From contig CAVSBT010000037.1 in NCBI GenBank assembly GCA_963726245.1, positions 64,001 to 128,000 on the forward strand: 64,000 nucleotides of DNA, written 5' to 3'. The position numbers and the translations under genes are program-made. The DNA is from an uncultured Chloroflexia bacterium (GTDB lineage Bacteria > Chloroflexota > Dehalococcoidia > DSTF01 > JALHUB01). Shown piece by piece: positions 8,099-20,966 of this stretch. Position 1 is the stretch's first letter. The number at the start of each line of letters is the position of its first letter. Below the pieces are notes generated by a model. The model saw only the letters and a list, made by a program, of their open reading frames with translations, made no database searches and was not told the origin of the DNA.

Positions 8099-9286
8099 CT
8101 AGAAGATGCCAGTCAGAGCCGCGTACACACCGAATCCCGAGGTGGCCGCCAGCGTCAACCCCACCAGGACGGAGTAGGCTCTCCCGAGACGGTAGGGCTC
8201 CGGGAGCGCCTTTATGGCCAGCAAGAAGAGAAACCCCAGCACGTTGGGGAGGAGGAGTGCGTTCAGCACCTCGACGGCCACGGCGACCTTCACCAGGTTG
8301 GCGCCCGCCAGGATCACGCCGGCGCCGAGCAGAAGACCCGCGGTGTAGACGCCATAGAACCACGGCGCTTGGCGAGGTCGATGCTCCAGCGATCGCTTGT
8401 AGCCTGCCGCCTCACCCAGTCCCCAAGCAGCGGTGATCGATACCACGATGGCCCCCAGCAGAGCGCCGCCACTCACACCCAGGGCGAAGAGCACGCGTCC
8501 GGCAACCCGGCCCAGGTACGGAGTCATGGTGGCGGAGATGTGCTGAACCGAGTCCAGCGCGCCGTGGTCACTCGCCGAGCCGATTGTCGCCGCTGCAGCC
8601 ACCAGGATCGCGCACATGATGAGTTGGGTGGTCAGCGCGCCCAGCGCGGTGCCCAGGCGACCCCGCCCCAGATCCTCCCGCCGCAAACCCTTGTCCGCCA
8701 CCGCCGACTGCTGAAAGAAGATCATCCAGGGCATGACTACGGCCCCAATGTTGGCGGCAGCGAGGTATAGGTAGCTGGAGTCGGAGATCGGGATGGAGAC
8801 CGAGCCTCGAGCCAGATCGCCCACATCAGGGTGGGCCTGCCAGGCAACCGCCACAAAGGCCAGCTCAAAGGCGCCGATCGCCAGTGCTACCCGCTCCACT
8901 GAGCCGTAGGAGCCGGACCAGACGATCGCCAGCATGAGCAAGACGGCGGCAGGCACGGTGACAGCCGTTGGCACGCCGAAGAGGAGGCCGACCCCGGCCA
9001 GCCCGCTCAGCTCGGTAAGCAGGGCCCCGATGCAGGCGACGGTCAGCGCCGAGACCGAGAGCCAGGCCCAGCCTGCCCCGAAGCGATCGCGGATCAGTTC
9101 AGCGTAGCCGCGGCCGGTGGCGATCCCGAGCCGAAGGGTCAGCTCCTGGGCGATGAACAGGATGGGGATCAGGACCAACTGCAGACCGAGCAGTCGGTAT
9201 CCCCATTGGGCCCCGCTCTGCGCAGCGGTGATGATGCTGCCGGCCTCAGTGTCGGCAAGCATGACCACCAGGCCGGGTCCGAGCAC
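8099..9286 (-). CDS. NRAMP/MntH-family divalent metal transporter
   Basis: GPGLVVMLADTEAGSI..AAQSGA.WGY; IGAVVMPWMIFFQQS; many TM helices; true start uncertain. Confidence 0.9.
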   Translation of the reverse strand: MLGPGLVVMLADTEAGSIITAAQSGAQWGYRLLGLQLVLIPILFIAQELTLRLGIATGRGYAELIRDRFGAGWAWLSVSALTVACIGALLTELSGLAGVGLLFGVPTAVTVPAAVLLMLAIVWSGSYGSVERVALAIGAFELAFVAVAWQAHPDVGDLARGSVSIPISDSSYLYLAAANIGAVVMPWMIFFQQSAVADKGLRREDLGRGRLGTALGALTTQLIMCAILVAAAATIGSASDHGALDSVQHISATMTPYLGRVAGRVLFALGVSGGALLGAIVVSITAAWGLGEAAGYKRSLEHRPRQAPWFYGVYTAGLLLGAGVILAGANLVKVAVAVEVLNALLLPNVLGFLFLLAIKALPEPYRLGRAYSVLVGLTLAATSGFGVYAALTGIF

Positions 9287-9499
9287 CCATAGCCAGGTGC
9301 GGACGCTTGCGCGGCGCCGCTTGGGATCTGCCGCAGGCGAATCTAGCTGGACGATGGTGCGGTTACCCGTCCCTAAGGGTACGTGTTAGTAATGACTCAC
9401 ACAAGCCTCCAAGACCACCCGACCCCGCTGAGGCAGACGCCGAGCGAATGCAGATCGACCCCGCTACCGTGTTGTCGCTGGTTTTGGTCGTAGCTCGCG

Positions 9500-9850
9500 G
9501 ATGCGGCTGAGCAAGAAGACGTGGTAGTCCATGGAGAGGCCGAACAGGATGGCGAACAGGAAGATGAGGCAGCCAGGCCTCGATGCTCCGCACCGCTGGA
9601 ACCCGAGCAGGCCGGCGCCGAGGCCGTGCTGGGTGACCAGCACGAGCAGCCCGTAGGCGGCGCCGACGGAGAGCAGGTTCATGATGACGCTTTGATCGGC
9701 ACCACGATCGACCGGAAGATGACCAGCAGAGGATGAAGCTGAAGCTGAGCACGAAGAGCGAAGACGATGGGCGTGTATAGACGACAGCATGGCGAAGCCA
9801 TGAGGTTGCGCGATGTCGCCGCCGACGAGCACCGCTGGCCGGCACACCGC
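9500..9850 (-). pseudogene. MMPL/RND transporter C-terminal remnant
   Basis: IMNLLSVGAAYGLLV...LFAILFGLSMDYHVFLLSR; short and frame-disrupted. Confidence 0.7.
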
Positions 9851-10575
9851 GAAGGCGTGGAACGTAGTACTCGTAGCCTCCGCCGCGTCTTGAGGCGTGG
9901 TTGCTGTTGGCATCTGCTGACGGGATCTCACGAAGGCCAGGTCTCCGTGGCGTTCGCCTCGTAGGTCGGAGTGCGAAATATGGATCGCGGCGAGGATGGA
10001 TTGAGGCGCTGGACCCGTTGAACCGCGTCGAGTTCACGGGTATCGATAACGACTGCGCGGCGAGATCAGGCGGCGTGAACTCCTGTTCAGTGTAAGGAAG
10101 GCTTGCTTCGCGGAAGGCTGTGGGCAGGGTGCTACGCCGGAGAATCCGGTGTTGATGTTGAAGTAGGGTATGGCGGAGGAAAGGGGCGCGACGAAATTAT
10201 AGCGGGTGGCGCGTCACGTGCGCAGGCGTCTTAGAACCGCCGGAGCTGCTCGGAACGCGGTTTGGTTGCGCTGGATGAATTGAATGCGATTTTAGTTGAC
10301 TTTGTCGCTTAGCAGATTTATCACGGTTGGTAGCAGGGTTAGCGACGTTGCTATCGTTGCGCTCGCGATCAATACTGGTACTGATGGCGATGCTGGTCGT
10401 CTCACGGCACGGGACTATCCGATTCCACCGGGCGGACGCTCAGGCCCGCCCTGGGCCCGGTCAAGGCGAGCGACCCGGCTCTCCGAGTGACGCAGCCGCC
10501 CTAAGCGGCTACACTGGCTCCGCACTTGCCTGACGGCGGGCGGGCCCGCCTGCCATTCCGCATCCGGAGGGTCTC

Positions 10576-12067
<1,492 letters not shown>

Positions 12068-12078
12068 GGCCCCGGGTG

Positions 12079-12176
12079 CTTCGACAGGCTCAGCATGCCA
12101 TATGGCCTGCCTTCGCTACCGGCAGCCCATTCAGCAGCCTGAGCTTGTCGAAGGGCGTCCTGAGCGCGCCGAAGGG
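12079..12176. repeat. CTTCGACAGGCTCAG-family REP-like cluster (also ~14152, 17281, 38385, 38409)
   Basis: CTTCGACAGGCTCAG plus inverted copies CCTGAGCTTGTCGAAGGG. Confidence 0.75.
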
Positions 12177-12217
12177 TCGAACCACGAGCGGCCCGCCAGG
12201 GCTAGATGAGCAGCGCT

Positions 12218-12877
12218 TCAGGGCTTGGCGGAGGGAGCCGTCTCCGTCTCCTCATGGTCCACGACGAGCTTGCTGCCGTTCCAGCGGTAGAAGGTGTGGT
12301 GTAGCTGGCTGGGACAGCAGAGGGGGTCCTCCGGGGCGTAGAGAGGCTCCGTATCCACCAGCACGCCGTCCTGGACGGCGACCGTGACCCGTCCGGCCGC
12401 CGGCTTCACCTCCAAGAGCTCCTTCAGGTCGCCCCCGCGATAGCCGAAGACGGCGTAGGCGATGGTGCCGCCGGTGCCGCCGGAGCTGATGGGCACCACC
12501 GCCTCATCAACTCCGTCGCCGGTCAGATCAGCGAAGATGATCTGCTGGGCGACCAGGCGGCCGCCGCTATCCTGCAGCAGGGCCTTCACGGCCGCCACCT
12601 GCGAGAAGTCCACCTCGCTGATGCCGCCATCGGGGACGGCCGTCTCCGCGGCGGCCGTTTCCGTGGGCTCGGGCTCCGACGAGGGTGAGGCCGAGGCCGC
12701 GGATACGCCCGTGGCCTCCGGCTCCTGGCTGCCGCCGTTGTCGCAGGCGGTCACCGCCAGGGCAATCCCGACCAGCAGCAGGCCCGCCGCCCACAACCGC
12801 AGATCGAGACGCCTTCCCTCGCGGCGGCGCCTGAAGGCACCGGCCGGCGCTCGTTCATCCCCCCCGGCGCGGCCCAT
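12218..12877 (-). CDS. LppP/LprE-like lipoprotein
   Basis: Lipobox VTAC; [13 protein letters not shown]; Y.P.DPLCCPS...YRWNG. Confidence 0.7.
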   Translation of the reverse strand: MGRAGGDERAPAGAFRRRREGRRLDLRLWAAGLLLVGIALAVTACDNGGSQEPEATGVSAASASPSSEPEPTETAAAETAVPDGGISEVDFSQVAAVKALLQDSGGRLVAQQIIFADLTGDGVDEAVVPISSGGTGGTIAYAVFGYRGGDLKELLEVKPAAGRVTVAVQDGVLVDTEPLYAPEDPLCCPSQLHHTFYRWNGSKLVVDHEETETAPSAKP

Positions 12878-13954
12878 CAAGAGACGTCGCCCTCCCACAC
12901 GTTGTTGGCTGGATTAGCGTCTGTCGGCTCCGTCATCGCCGCAATCACGCGCACATGCGTCCCCGGCGGCGCCAGGACGCCCACGACCTCGACCGTGTCG
13001 AAGCCAAGGGGCTCGATGGTGAGCTGGTAGGTAGACGCGGTCGTGGGCTCCGGCGCACCCCCAACATAAACCGTGACCACGACCGTGACCTGCACCGCCG
13101 GAGCGCTGGTAGGATTCTGAATCACCACCAGCAGGCGGTTCGTTTCGGGGGAGCGGAAGACGCCGTGAACCGCCAGGTCGAGGGCGACATCGGGCGCGAG
13201 CTGCTTGGCCAGGCCGTTGTTTCCGTCATCCTCCTCAGGGATGAGGTTGGTGGAGTCCGCGACGACCAGCACGAGCTCCGGCCGGTAGATCACCTGGTCT
13301 TGAAGGAGGATGCGCACGTTGGCGCCCGGCGGCAGGGCGTCGGTGAGGGTCACGGCCTCCGCCACCACGCCGCGAACCAGGAACTCGATCTTCTGGCCGG
13401 CCGGCACTGTGCTGTGCCCCTCGTTGCCCAGGAGCACGCCCAGGACATCATTGGACACGAACGTGTCAAGCACCACGAGGTCGGGCAGCACAGGAGGCGG
13501 CGTCGGCGTCGACGTGGGCTGCGGCGTCAACGTCGGCGGATGCGGGAGTGACCGTGCCCGCCGGCTGCGTGGGCGACGGCAGCGCCGGCGTTTGACCGGG
13601 CGACGGCGTCTGGCCTGGGAGCAGCGTGGGCGCCGGCCCCGGCGTCGCGGTGTCCTCCGGCGGCGGAGTCGTCTCCGGCGTCTCCTCGGGAGGCACGCCG
13701 CTGGTGGGCGTCTCCGTCTCCGCTGCGGGCGTGACGGCAGACGGTGTCTTGCTCGGCGTGCCCGTGCCGGCGGGGGTACCCGCACGGGCTGTGCGGGTGA
13801 CGGTGGTGGTACGGGAAGCGGGTGTGCGGGTGGGAGAGCCGACGACGCTGGGTCCACTCTCGCTTCCGCCGCAGAAGGCGAGGACGAGAGCAGCCAGGGC
13901 GGCCCCGGCAACGAGGGCCACCAACGAGCCGATGAGCGGCCAGCGCAGGGTCAC
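12877..13954 (-). CDS. Exported Pro/Thr-rich protein with CARDB-like Ig domains (frameshift ~13530)
   Basis: N-terminal TM helix, PT linker, PDLVV...N.I.E.D..NN motif. Confidence 0.7.
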
Positions 13955-14213
13955 GGAAGGCTCCCCCTCAGGGCTCTCCCAGGTCGGGCGGGCGACCCCT
14001 GTCCCGATCGTGGAAGCCTACCTCGCCACCACGTCGCAGCATAGTCCCGAAAGACCCTCTTGGCAAGATGCGCCTATAGATGGGCACAGACAGAGACAGA
14101 TTCTGTGGCGGTCCACCAGAGTGCTGACAAGGCTGGGTGCGCCGCTCCTGGTTCGACAGGCTCACCATGAGCGGCACCTGAGAACGCTCGTCTGGCCTGT
14201 CGAAGCGGCGGCG

Positions 14214-15210
14214 CTACCCTGAAACCGCCTCAGGGTTGACGAGGTTGGCCGGCTTCTCTCCGCGCAGGACGGAGAGAATGGCGTCCGCCGCCATGTCCGC
14301 CATCCGGCGGCGCGTGGCGACGCTGGCGCTGCCGACGTGCGGCGTCAACGTCAGGTTATCGAGCTCCAGGAGCGGGTCGCCGGGCGGCACCGGCTCCACC
14401 TCGGCCACGTCCAGGCCCGCGCCGGCGATGCCGCGGGAGCGGAGGGCCTCGCAGAGGGCCTGCTGGTCCACGACGCCGCCGCGCGAGGTGTTGATGAGGA
14501 TGGCGTCGGGCTTCATCAGGCCCAGCTCTCGGCGGCCGATGAGGTGGCGGGTCTCGGCGGTGAGCGGCACGTGTAGCGTCACGAAGTCGGACTCTCGCAG
14601 GAGCGTGTCCAGGGGCACGAAGCGGGCGCCCAGCTCCGCCTCCAGCTCCTCTCGACGCTGTCTGCCGCAGTAGAGGAGGCGCATGGCGAAGCCGCGGGCC
14701 CGGCGGGCTACGGCGCGGCCGATGGCCCCCAGCCCGACGATGCCCAGGGTGGCGCCGTAGACGTCGTGCCCCAGGAGGAACGAGGGGTGCCAGGTGGGCC
14801 AGCCGCCGCTGCGGGCCAGGCGGTCCCCTTCCACGACTCGACGCGCCGCCGCCAGCAAGAGGGCGAAGGCGAGATCGGCCGTGGTCTCCGTGAGGACGCC
14901 GGGGGTGTTCGTCACCAGCACACCGCGAGCGGTGGCAGCCGCCACGTCGATGTTGTCGTAGCCCACGGCCATGTTGCTGACGATGCGCAGTCCGGGGCGC
15001 GCCATCGAGGAGCGCGGCGTCGACGCGATCCGTGAGGAGCGTGAGCAGGGCGTCGGCGCGGGCGGCGCGGCGCAGGAGCTCCTCCCGAGGTGGCGGCTCC
15101 TGGTCGGGCCAGACCTCAACCTCGGCGGCGGGACGCAGCCTCTCGACGGCGTCGCCGGGCAGCTCGCGCGTGACGAACACGTAGGGGCGAGCGGACGCTT
15201 CAGCGGTCAT
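14214..15210 (-). CDS. D-glycerate dehydrogenase/glyoxylate reductase (frameshift ~15000)
   Basis: AVGYDNID, NTPGVLT, GIVGLGAIG, LHVPLT.ET, INTSRG, PHVGSA. Confidence 0.92.
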
Positions 15211-15235
15211 CGAGTGCTTCAGCGTCAGGGGCGCG

Positions 15236-15508
15236 CTAGCTCCGCCAGAACTGCCACCACTTTCGCGGCTCCGGGGCGGCAGGCGGCGCCGCCTCCCGCG
15301 ACGGCTCCGCGGCCATGGACGGCGGCGCCGGCGCCTCGGCGGGCGCCTCTTCGACGGCGCCGAGGAACTTCGCCGGCTCGGCGTCGAACCGCTCCTTGCA
15401 CCCGACGGCGCAGAAGTAATAGGTGACGCCCTCGTAGTCGGAGGTGGCCGCCGCCTCCTTCGGGTCGATCTCCATGCCGCAGACCGGGTCCTTCACTAGA
15501 TCAGCCAT
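15236..15508 (-). CDS. YHS domain protein
   Basis: KDPVCGM...YYFCAVGCKERF. Confidence 0.9.
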   Translation of the reverse strand: MADLVKDPVCGMEIDPKEAAATSDYEGVTYYFCAVGCKERFDAEPAKFLGAVEEAPAEAPAPPSMAAEPSREAAPPAAPEPRKWWQFWRS

Positions 15509-15577
15509 ACCAGCCTCCCTTCTGGCCACTCGCTGAGGCCAACGCATGCCGCGGTTGATTTGCTGTTGCCGGTACGC

Positions 15578-16042
15578 TCAGCAGCCCGCACGACGCTCGG
15601 CCTCGCGCTTTGTATGTCTGAGGCCACCGTCGATCGCCTTCTGGAGCGCCTTCCGCATGCGGCCCTTGAAGGTGCTTGCGATAAGCCCTTCCCACGACTC
15701 TTCGGTGCGAAGTCGCGTGGTGCCTTCCGACGGCAGCAGCTCCCACACGTGCACGGCTCTTATGCCCATCGTCCTGCCCGTCCAGGCCAACAGTCGCGGA
15801 CTCTCGACAGCTCGAAAGGTGGATCTGATGAGCCCTGGGCCTGCCTTCCAACTGAACTGGGTCCCAGGCGCCACTGCTCCAGCAATCTTGGCCGACCGCA
15901 CATCTGGATTCCAAGTCGGCCACGCCTCAATGTCCGTGATCAATTGCCAGATCAGTTCTGGAGATGCCTTGATTTCGATCTCGCCCTCCGCAACAACAGG
16001 AGCATTCTTGTTGACCGCAGACTCGGCCCTTCCGCTGGTCAT
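15578..16042 (-). CDS. SRPBCC/polyketide cyclase family protein
   Basis: IEIKASPELIW.LITDIEAWP.WNP. Confidence 0.85.
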   Translation of the reverse strand: MTSGRAESAVNKNAPVVAEGEIEIKASPELIWQLITDIEAWPTWNPDVRSAKIAGAVAPGTQFSWKAGPGLIRSTFRAVESPRLLAWTGRTMGIRAVHVWELLPSEGTTRLRTEESWEGLIASTFKGRMRKALQKAIDGGLRHTKREAERRAGC

Positions 16043-16214
16043 TGTCCCTCCTCAACACACCGCCCCCTCCCCCAGAAAACCTCGCATCCGGCCGCCATTA
16101 TACACCGGCCGGGTAGAGGGCGGCCCCTTACCCCTCTGGCCCCGTGATGGGAACCCGCTTCAAACATCGCAGGCGGTTTGCAGAGGCGGGTGCATGTGGT
16201 AGTTTGTTGGCGCC

Positions 16215-17305
16215 GTGAGCGTCTTCCTCAACCTGTGGGAGCCCGTCTACGTCCGCCGTCGCGTGCTGATGCGGCTGGCGATCAGCGCCATCCTGGTGGG
16301 CGTCCTGATCTGGCGCGTCAACATCGGCGCCGCCCTCAGGACCCTCACCCACGTGGACTATATCTACGCCCTCCCCGCCCTCGCCCTCTTCACCCTGGCG
16401 AAGCTGGTCTTCTCCGTACGCTGGCGTGTGATGCTCACGCGGCTGGGCCAGCCGTCGGCCCGCGGCCTCTTCGGCATCATGCTCGTCTCGAACATGGCGA
16501 ACAACGTCCTGCCCCTCCGTCTGGGCGACGTGCTGCGCGTGCAGGTGTCGGCGCAGCGCTTCGGCATCTCCCGCTCCGGCCTCGCGTCCAGCGTCTTCGT
16601 CACCGAGACGCTTCTCGATGGCGTCACCTTCGCCGTCCTGGGGCTGGTCGGGCTGGCGCTGCTGGATATACCGCAGAGCCTCAGAGACTTCCTCTGGGCG
16701 ATGATCGGCGGCGCGGCAGTTGGCCTGCTCTTGGCCGTTCTCGGCGCCCACATCTCGGTGCCCCAGGGCTGGAAGCCGGGTCGATGGCTGGGCTGGCTGC
16801 CGCCAAGGGCGCGCCAGGGCGTCGCCGACATCTTGCCGCCGTTCGTGGAGGGCATGGCGGCGCTGCGCCACCCCTGGATGGGCACCCAGGTGCTGGTCCT
16901 CTCCTTCACGGGCTGGCTCCTGGAGGGGGTGATGTTCTGGCTCTTCGGCCTCGGCTTCGGGCTGCATCTCTCCTTTGGGTCCTACCTGGTGATCATGATC
17001 GCGACCAACATGGTCATCTCCGTGCCGCTGGCGCCCTCCAACGTGGGGCCCTATGAGGTGGCCGTGGCCGAGGTCGTGACTCTCCTGGGCGTGACGCGCT
17101 CGCTGGCGGAGGCTATGCCATCGCCACCCACCTGCTGAACATCCTGTGGGTGAGCCTCACAGGCGTCATAGCGATGTGGCTACTCGGCCTGCGCTTCCAG
17201 GACATCTTCTACCTGCGCGCCCAGGCCAGTCCGCCGCGGCGGGCTCCCACCCGCATCACAGGGGACGAGAATGCGGAGCCCCCTTCGCCAGGCTCAGGGT
17301 GCTGA
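16215..17305 (+). CDS. Lysylphosphatidylglycerol synthase TM-domain (UPF0104 flippase-like) protein (frameshift ~17110)
   Basis: RW..L, NNVLP.RLGDVLR, P.APSNVGPYE. Confidence 0.85.
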
Positions 17306-17409
17306 ATGGGCTGCTGGCGGCACATGGCAAGCGGACGTCCGCTGGTGGCCGGCTCCAGATTGATGATAAAATGAAGTGACTAACTCGACATTGTTTCGGA
17401 GGCAGGCCC

Positions 17410-17745
17410 ATGCCCCACAAGGACCCGCGAGAGCCGTTCACCCGCCTCAGCGCCGCTGAGACCAAGCGGATGCTGGAGAACGGCGGCGCTCAGGTCGTCG
17501 ACGTGCGGGAGGGATGGGAGTACCAGAGCGGGCACATCCCCGGCGCCGACCACATACCCGTGAACACCGTCTTCGCCCGCCGCAGTGAGCTGAGCCCTGA
17601 CCAGGACATCATCTTTGTCTGCTCCGTGGGTCAGCGCAGCGCTCTGGCCTGCGAGATGGCGGCGGCGGCCGGCCTCAGCCGCATATACAACGTGGAGGGC
17701 GGGACCGAAGCCTGGGTCGACGCGGGCTATCCGGTCGAGAAGTAG
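17410..17745 (+). CDS. Rhodanese-like domain protein
   Basis: DVRE..EY..GHIPGA; CSVGQRS; GGTEAW. Confidence 0.92.
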   Translation: MPHKDPREPFTRLSAAETKRMLENGGAQVVDVREGWEYQSGHIPGADHIPVNTVFARRSELSPDQDIIFVCSVGQRSALACEMAAAAGLSRIYNVEGGTEAWVDAGYPVEK

Positions 17746-17748
17746 AGG

Positions 17749-18507
17749 CTAGCGCAGGAAACCGACGCCGGAGTAGATGAAGTAGGCCCCCAGGACGAGA
17801 AGGAAGAGCCCGCAGACCCCCAAGATGCCCCGGTAGACGGCCCCGCTCATGATGCGCCGCCCGGTGGCGAGGACGAAGGCCACCAGCGTCAGCCAGGCGA
17901 AGTCGGAGAGGACGTGGGCGGTGAAGAAGGAAGCCACGCCGGCCGCTCCATGCTCCAGCGACTGCGACATGTAGGCCGCCCCCACACTGGCCCACCAGAT
18001 CACCCAGTAAGGATTGGAGACGCTGACCAGCGCTCCCGCCGGGGCGAGGACCAGGGCCATCGCCCCGACCCGCGGCGAGGCGGGCGTCTGGTCGTTGCCG
18101 GCGGCGGCAGCGAGCACCCTCGCGCCGTACCCGCGACGGACGGCCGGCGCAGGGCCTGGGTTGCCGCCGGCTGGCTCCGTCGCCAGGCTCTCGCGTCCCA
18201 GGCTCAGCGATTGGCTGGGCGCGCTGCGCAACATCCCGTAGCCCATCCAGAGGAGGAAGGCGCCGCCGGCCAGGGCGATGGCGGCCGTGACCGGGCCCTC
18301 ATCTTCCAGGAACCCCTTCAGTCCCACGGCCAGGCCGATGACCAGCGCCAGCTCGATGATGGCATGGCCGGCGCTGATCACGGGACCCACCCAGAAGCCG
18401 CGACGGAGCGTCTCGCGGACGGTGAGCGTGAACAGGGGGCCGGGCATAAGGGCGCCGGAAAGGGACACTACGAAGGACGTGCCGAAGATCGCCAGCAGGC
18501 CAAGCAT
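17749..18507 (-). CDS. LysE family transporter
   Basis: LSGALMPGPL; GHA..E; NPYW..WW. Confidence 0.9.
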   Translation of the reverse strand: MLGLLAIFGTSFVVSLSGALMPGPLFTLTVRETLRRGFWVGPVISAGHAIIELALVIGLAVGLKGFLEDEGPVTAAIALAGGAFLLWMGYGMLRSAPSQSLSLGRESLATEPAGGNPGPAPAVRRGYGARVLAAAAGNDQTPASPRVGAMALVLAPAGALVSVSNPYWVIWWASVGAAYMSQSLEHGAAGVASFFTAHVLSDFAWLTLVAFVLATGRRIMSGAVYRGILGVCGLFLLVLGAYFIYSGVGFLR

Positions 18508-18909
18508 GGTGCAAAAGGGCCCGCCCGGCCAGCGCCGTCGACGGGCCTGCAAGTAGTGTCTCATTCCGCTCGGTCGCTGGTCAACGATTCGTGCCGCCGG
18601 TGACCGGTTCGTCATTGGTCGGAGAATCCTCTACCCCCGCCTGAAGGCGAGGGCATAGATTCGCTTTCTGATGCCCCAGCGTTCACGCTGGGGTCATGTC
18701 CGAATCCGGCGACCGGAGGCCCACCAAGGATGCACCAATCACGGCCGCCGTGGAGCGCTCCCGCCGTTTCCCTTGCTGGCTACACCGGCACCTGCTAGAA
18801 TGCAGCGGATTCGAGGGCGCAGGGCGTCTACGTCCCGCGCTCTCGGCTCGCCAGGAGGCTGTCGCTGCCAGCCCGGCGCCGGAAGTCGAACGCCAGTGGG
18901 AGAGGAGCC

Positions 18910-20001
18910 GTGAAAGAAGCACGCGGTGCCTTGGGAAAGATCAACGTCGCCATCATCGGGGTGGGCAACTGCGCCTCGTCGCTGGTGCAGGGCGTCCACT
19001 TCTACCAAGACGCCGCCGAGAAGACCCTCATCCCCGGGCTCATGCACCCCAACTTGGGCGGCTACCACGTCGGTGACATCAACTTCGTGGCCGCCATCGA
19101 CATCGATGTCAACAAGGTAGGCAAGGACCTGGCAGAGGCCATCTACGCGCCTCCCAACAACACGTACCGCTTCGCCGATGTCCCGCCGACGGGCGTGCGC
19201 GTCTCGCGCGGCATGACCCACGACGGGCTGGGCAAGTACCTCTCGCAGATCATCACCAAGGCCCCGGGCCCCACCGACGACATCGTCGGCATCCTGAAGG
19301 CAACCGGGACCCACGTCGTGGTCAACTACCTGCCCGTGGGGTCGGAGGAGGCCACCAAGTGGTACGTGGAGCAGGTGCTGACGGTGGGCTGCGGCTTGGT
19401 CAACTGCATCCCCGTCTTCATCGCCAGGGAGAAGTACTGGCAGCGCCGCTTCGAGGAGCGAGGGCTGCCCATCATCGGCGATGACATCAAGTCGCAGGTG
19501 GGCGCTACGATCGTCCACCGCGTGCTGACGCGAGTCTTCCGCGACCGCGGCGTGCGCCTGGACCGGACGTACCAGATCAACTTTGGCGGCAACACCGACT
19601 TCCTGAACATGCTGGAGAGGGAGAGGCTGGAGTCGAAGAAGATCTCCAAGACCAACGCCGTCACCTCGCAGTTGGACTACGAGCTGCCCGCGGGCGACGT
19701 GCACGTAGGCCCCAGCGACTACATCCCGTGGCTGCTGGACCGCAAGTGGTGCCACATCCGCATGGAAGGAACCACCTTCGGCAATGTGCCCTTGAACATG
19801 GAGGTGAAGCTGGAGGTATGGGACAGCCCCAACTCGGCGGGCGTGGTCATCGATGCCATTCGCTGCTGCAAGCTGGCCCTGGACCGCGGCACGGCCGGCG
19901 CCCTCGTCGCCCCTTCCGCCTACTTCATGAAGTCGCCGCCGCAGCAGTTCACCGATGACCAGGCCCGTGTCATGGTCGAAAAGTTCATCGCCAAAGGGTA
20001 G
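18910..20001 (+). CDS. ino1: myo-inositol-1-phosphate synthase
   Basis: [12 protein letters not shown]; NYLPVGSE; [11 protein letters not shown]; GGNTDFLNM; DSPNSAG. Confidence 0.96.
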   Translation: MKEARGALGKINVAIIGVGNCASSLVQGVHFYQDAAEKTLIPGLMHPNLGGYHVGDINFVAAIDIDVNKVGKDLAEAIYAPPNNTYRFADVPPTGVRVSRGMTHDGLGKYLSQIITKAPGPTDDIVGILKATGTHVVVNYLPVGSEEATKWYVEQVLTVGCGLVNCIPVFIAREKYWQRRFEERGLPIIGDDIKSQVGATIVHRVLTRVFRDRGVRLDRTYQINFGGNTDFLNMLERERLESKKISKTNAVTSQLDYELPAGDVHVGPSDYIPWLLDRKWCHIRMEGTTFGNVPLNMEVKLEVWDSPNSAGVVIDAIRCCKLALDRGTAGALVAPSAYFMKSPPQQFTDDQARVMVEKFIAKG

Positions 20002-20002
20002 C

Positions 20003-20923
20003 GTGCTCGTCCAGCGCGTCATCTACTGGGTCTTCCGGTTCCTCATTTTCATCGGCCGCCCTTTTCCCGTGCGGGTGGGCTACTTCGTGGCTCCCATCAT
20101 CGCCGACATCGTCTATCCCTTCTACCGGCACGGGCGCCGCGCGCTCTACCAGAACCTGGAGCGCGTGCTGTGCACCAATGACCGGCGGGTGCTGGGCCGG
20201 GTGGCCCGAGGCGCCATCCGCAACTTCTCCAAGTACGTCGTGGACTTCATCCACTTCTACACCATGTCGCTTGACGACATCCGCCGCCGCATCGTCTTCG
20301 ACGACTTCGAGCCTCTTAACGCCGCCGTGGCCGAGGGCAAGGGGATCATTTTCGTCACCCTCCACTTCGGCAACTGGGACATGGGGGCGGCCGGCCTCGC
20401 CGCCTACGGCTACCCCGTGGACGCCATCGCCGAGACCTTCGAGCTACCTGCGATGAACGATCTGGTGCAGGGCTACCGGCGTCAGCTTGGCGTGAAGATC
20501 ATCCCTATGGAGCACGTCGGGCCCGGCGTACTGCGGGCCCTGCGGCGGGGCGACATCCTGGCCTTACTCATCGACGTGCCGGCGCCGGGGGCCAGCGTAG
20601 AGGTCAACTTCTTCGGCGACCTCACCGAGGTGGCAGCCGGGCCTGCCCGCATCGCCCTCCGCACCGGCGCCCGAGTCATCCCCGCAGTCATCGCTCGGGA
20701 GCCGGGTCGCGACGAGATCATGCGGGCCCTCCTGGATTTCGACGTGCGCCTGGAGCCCACCGGGGATGAGGAGCAGGATGTCCGGCAGCTCACCCAGAAG
20801 ATCATGTCGTCTCTCGAGCGCTTCATCCGCCAGTACCCCGACCAGTGGTTCATGTTCCGCCCAATGTGGCCGACGCCTCGACCGGCGCCCGAGCCTTCGC
20901 GAGTGCTCGCCCTGAAGGACTAA
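20003..20923 (+). CDS. Lipid A/PIM acyltransferase family (PatA-like) 1
   Basis: HFGNWD; P..IALRTGA; PDQWF. Confidence 0.88.
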   Translation: MLVQRVIYWVFRFLIFIGRPFPVRVGYFVAPIIADIVYPFYRHGRRALYQNLERVLCTNDRRVLGRVARGAIRNFSKYVVDFIHFYTMSLDDIRRRIVFDDFEPLNAAVAEGKGIIFVTLHFGNWDMGAAGLAAYGYPVDAIAETFELPAMNDLVQGYRRQLGVKIIPMEHVGPGVLRALRRGDILALLIDVPAPGASVEVNFFGDLTEVAAGPARIALRTGARVIPAVIAREPGRDEIMRALLDFDVRLEPTGDEEQDVRQLTQKIMSSLERFIRQYPDQWFMFRPMWPTPRPAPEPSRVLALKD

Positions 20924-20966
20924 GGCGCCGACCGCCGCCGCCGACAGACACAGGTACGTTCGGCCC

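Noticed and set aside
9290-10450. Metal-sensing riboswitch (yybP-ykoY or M-box) upstream of the NRAMP gene
   Set aside because: No recognisable consensus by eye; an Rfam/Infernal scan would be needed to exclude it.
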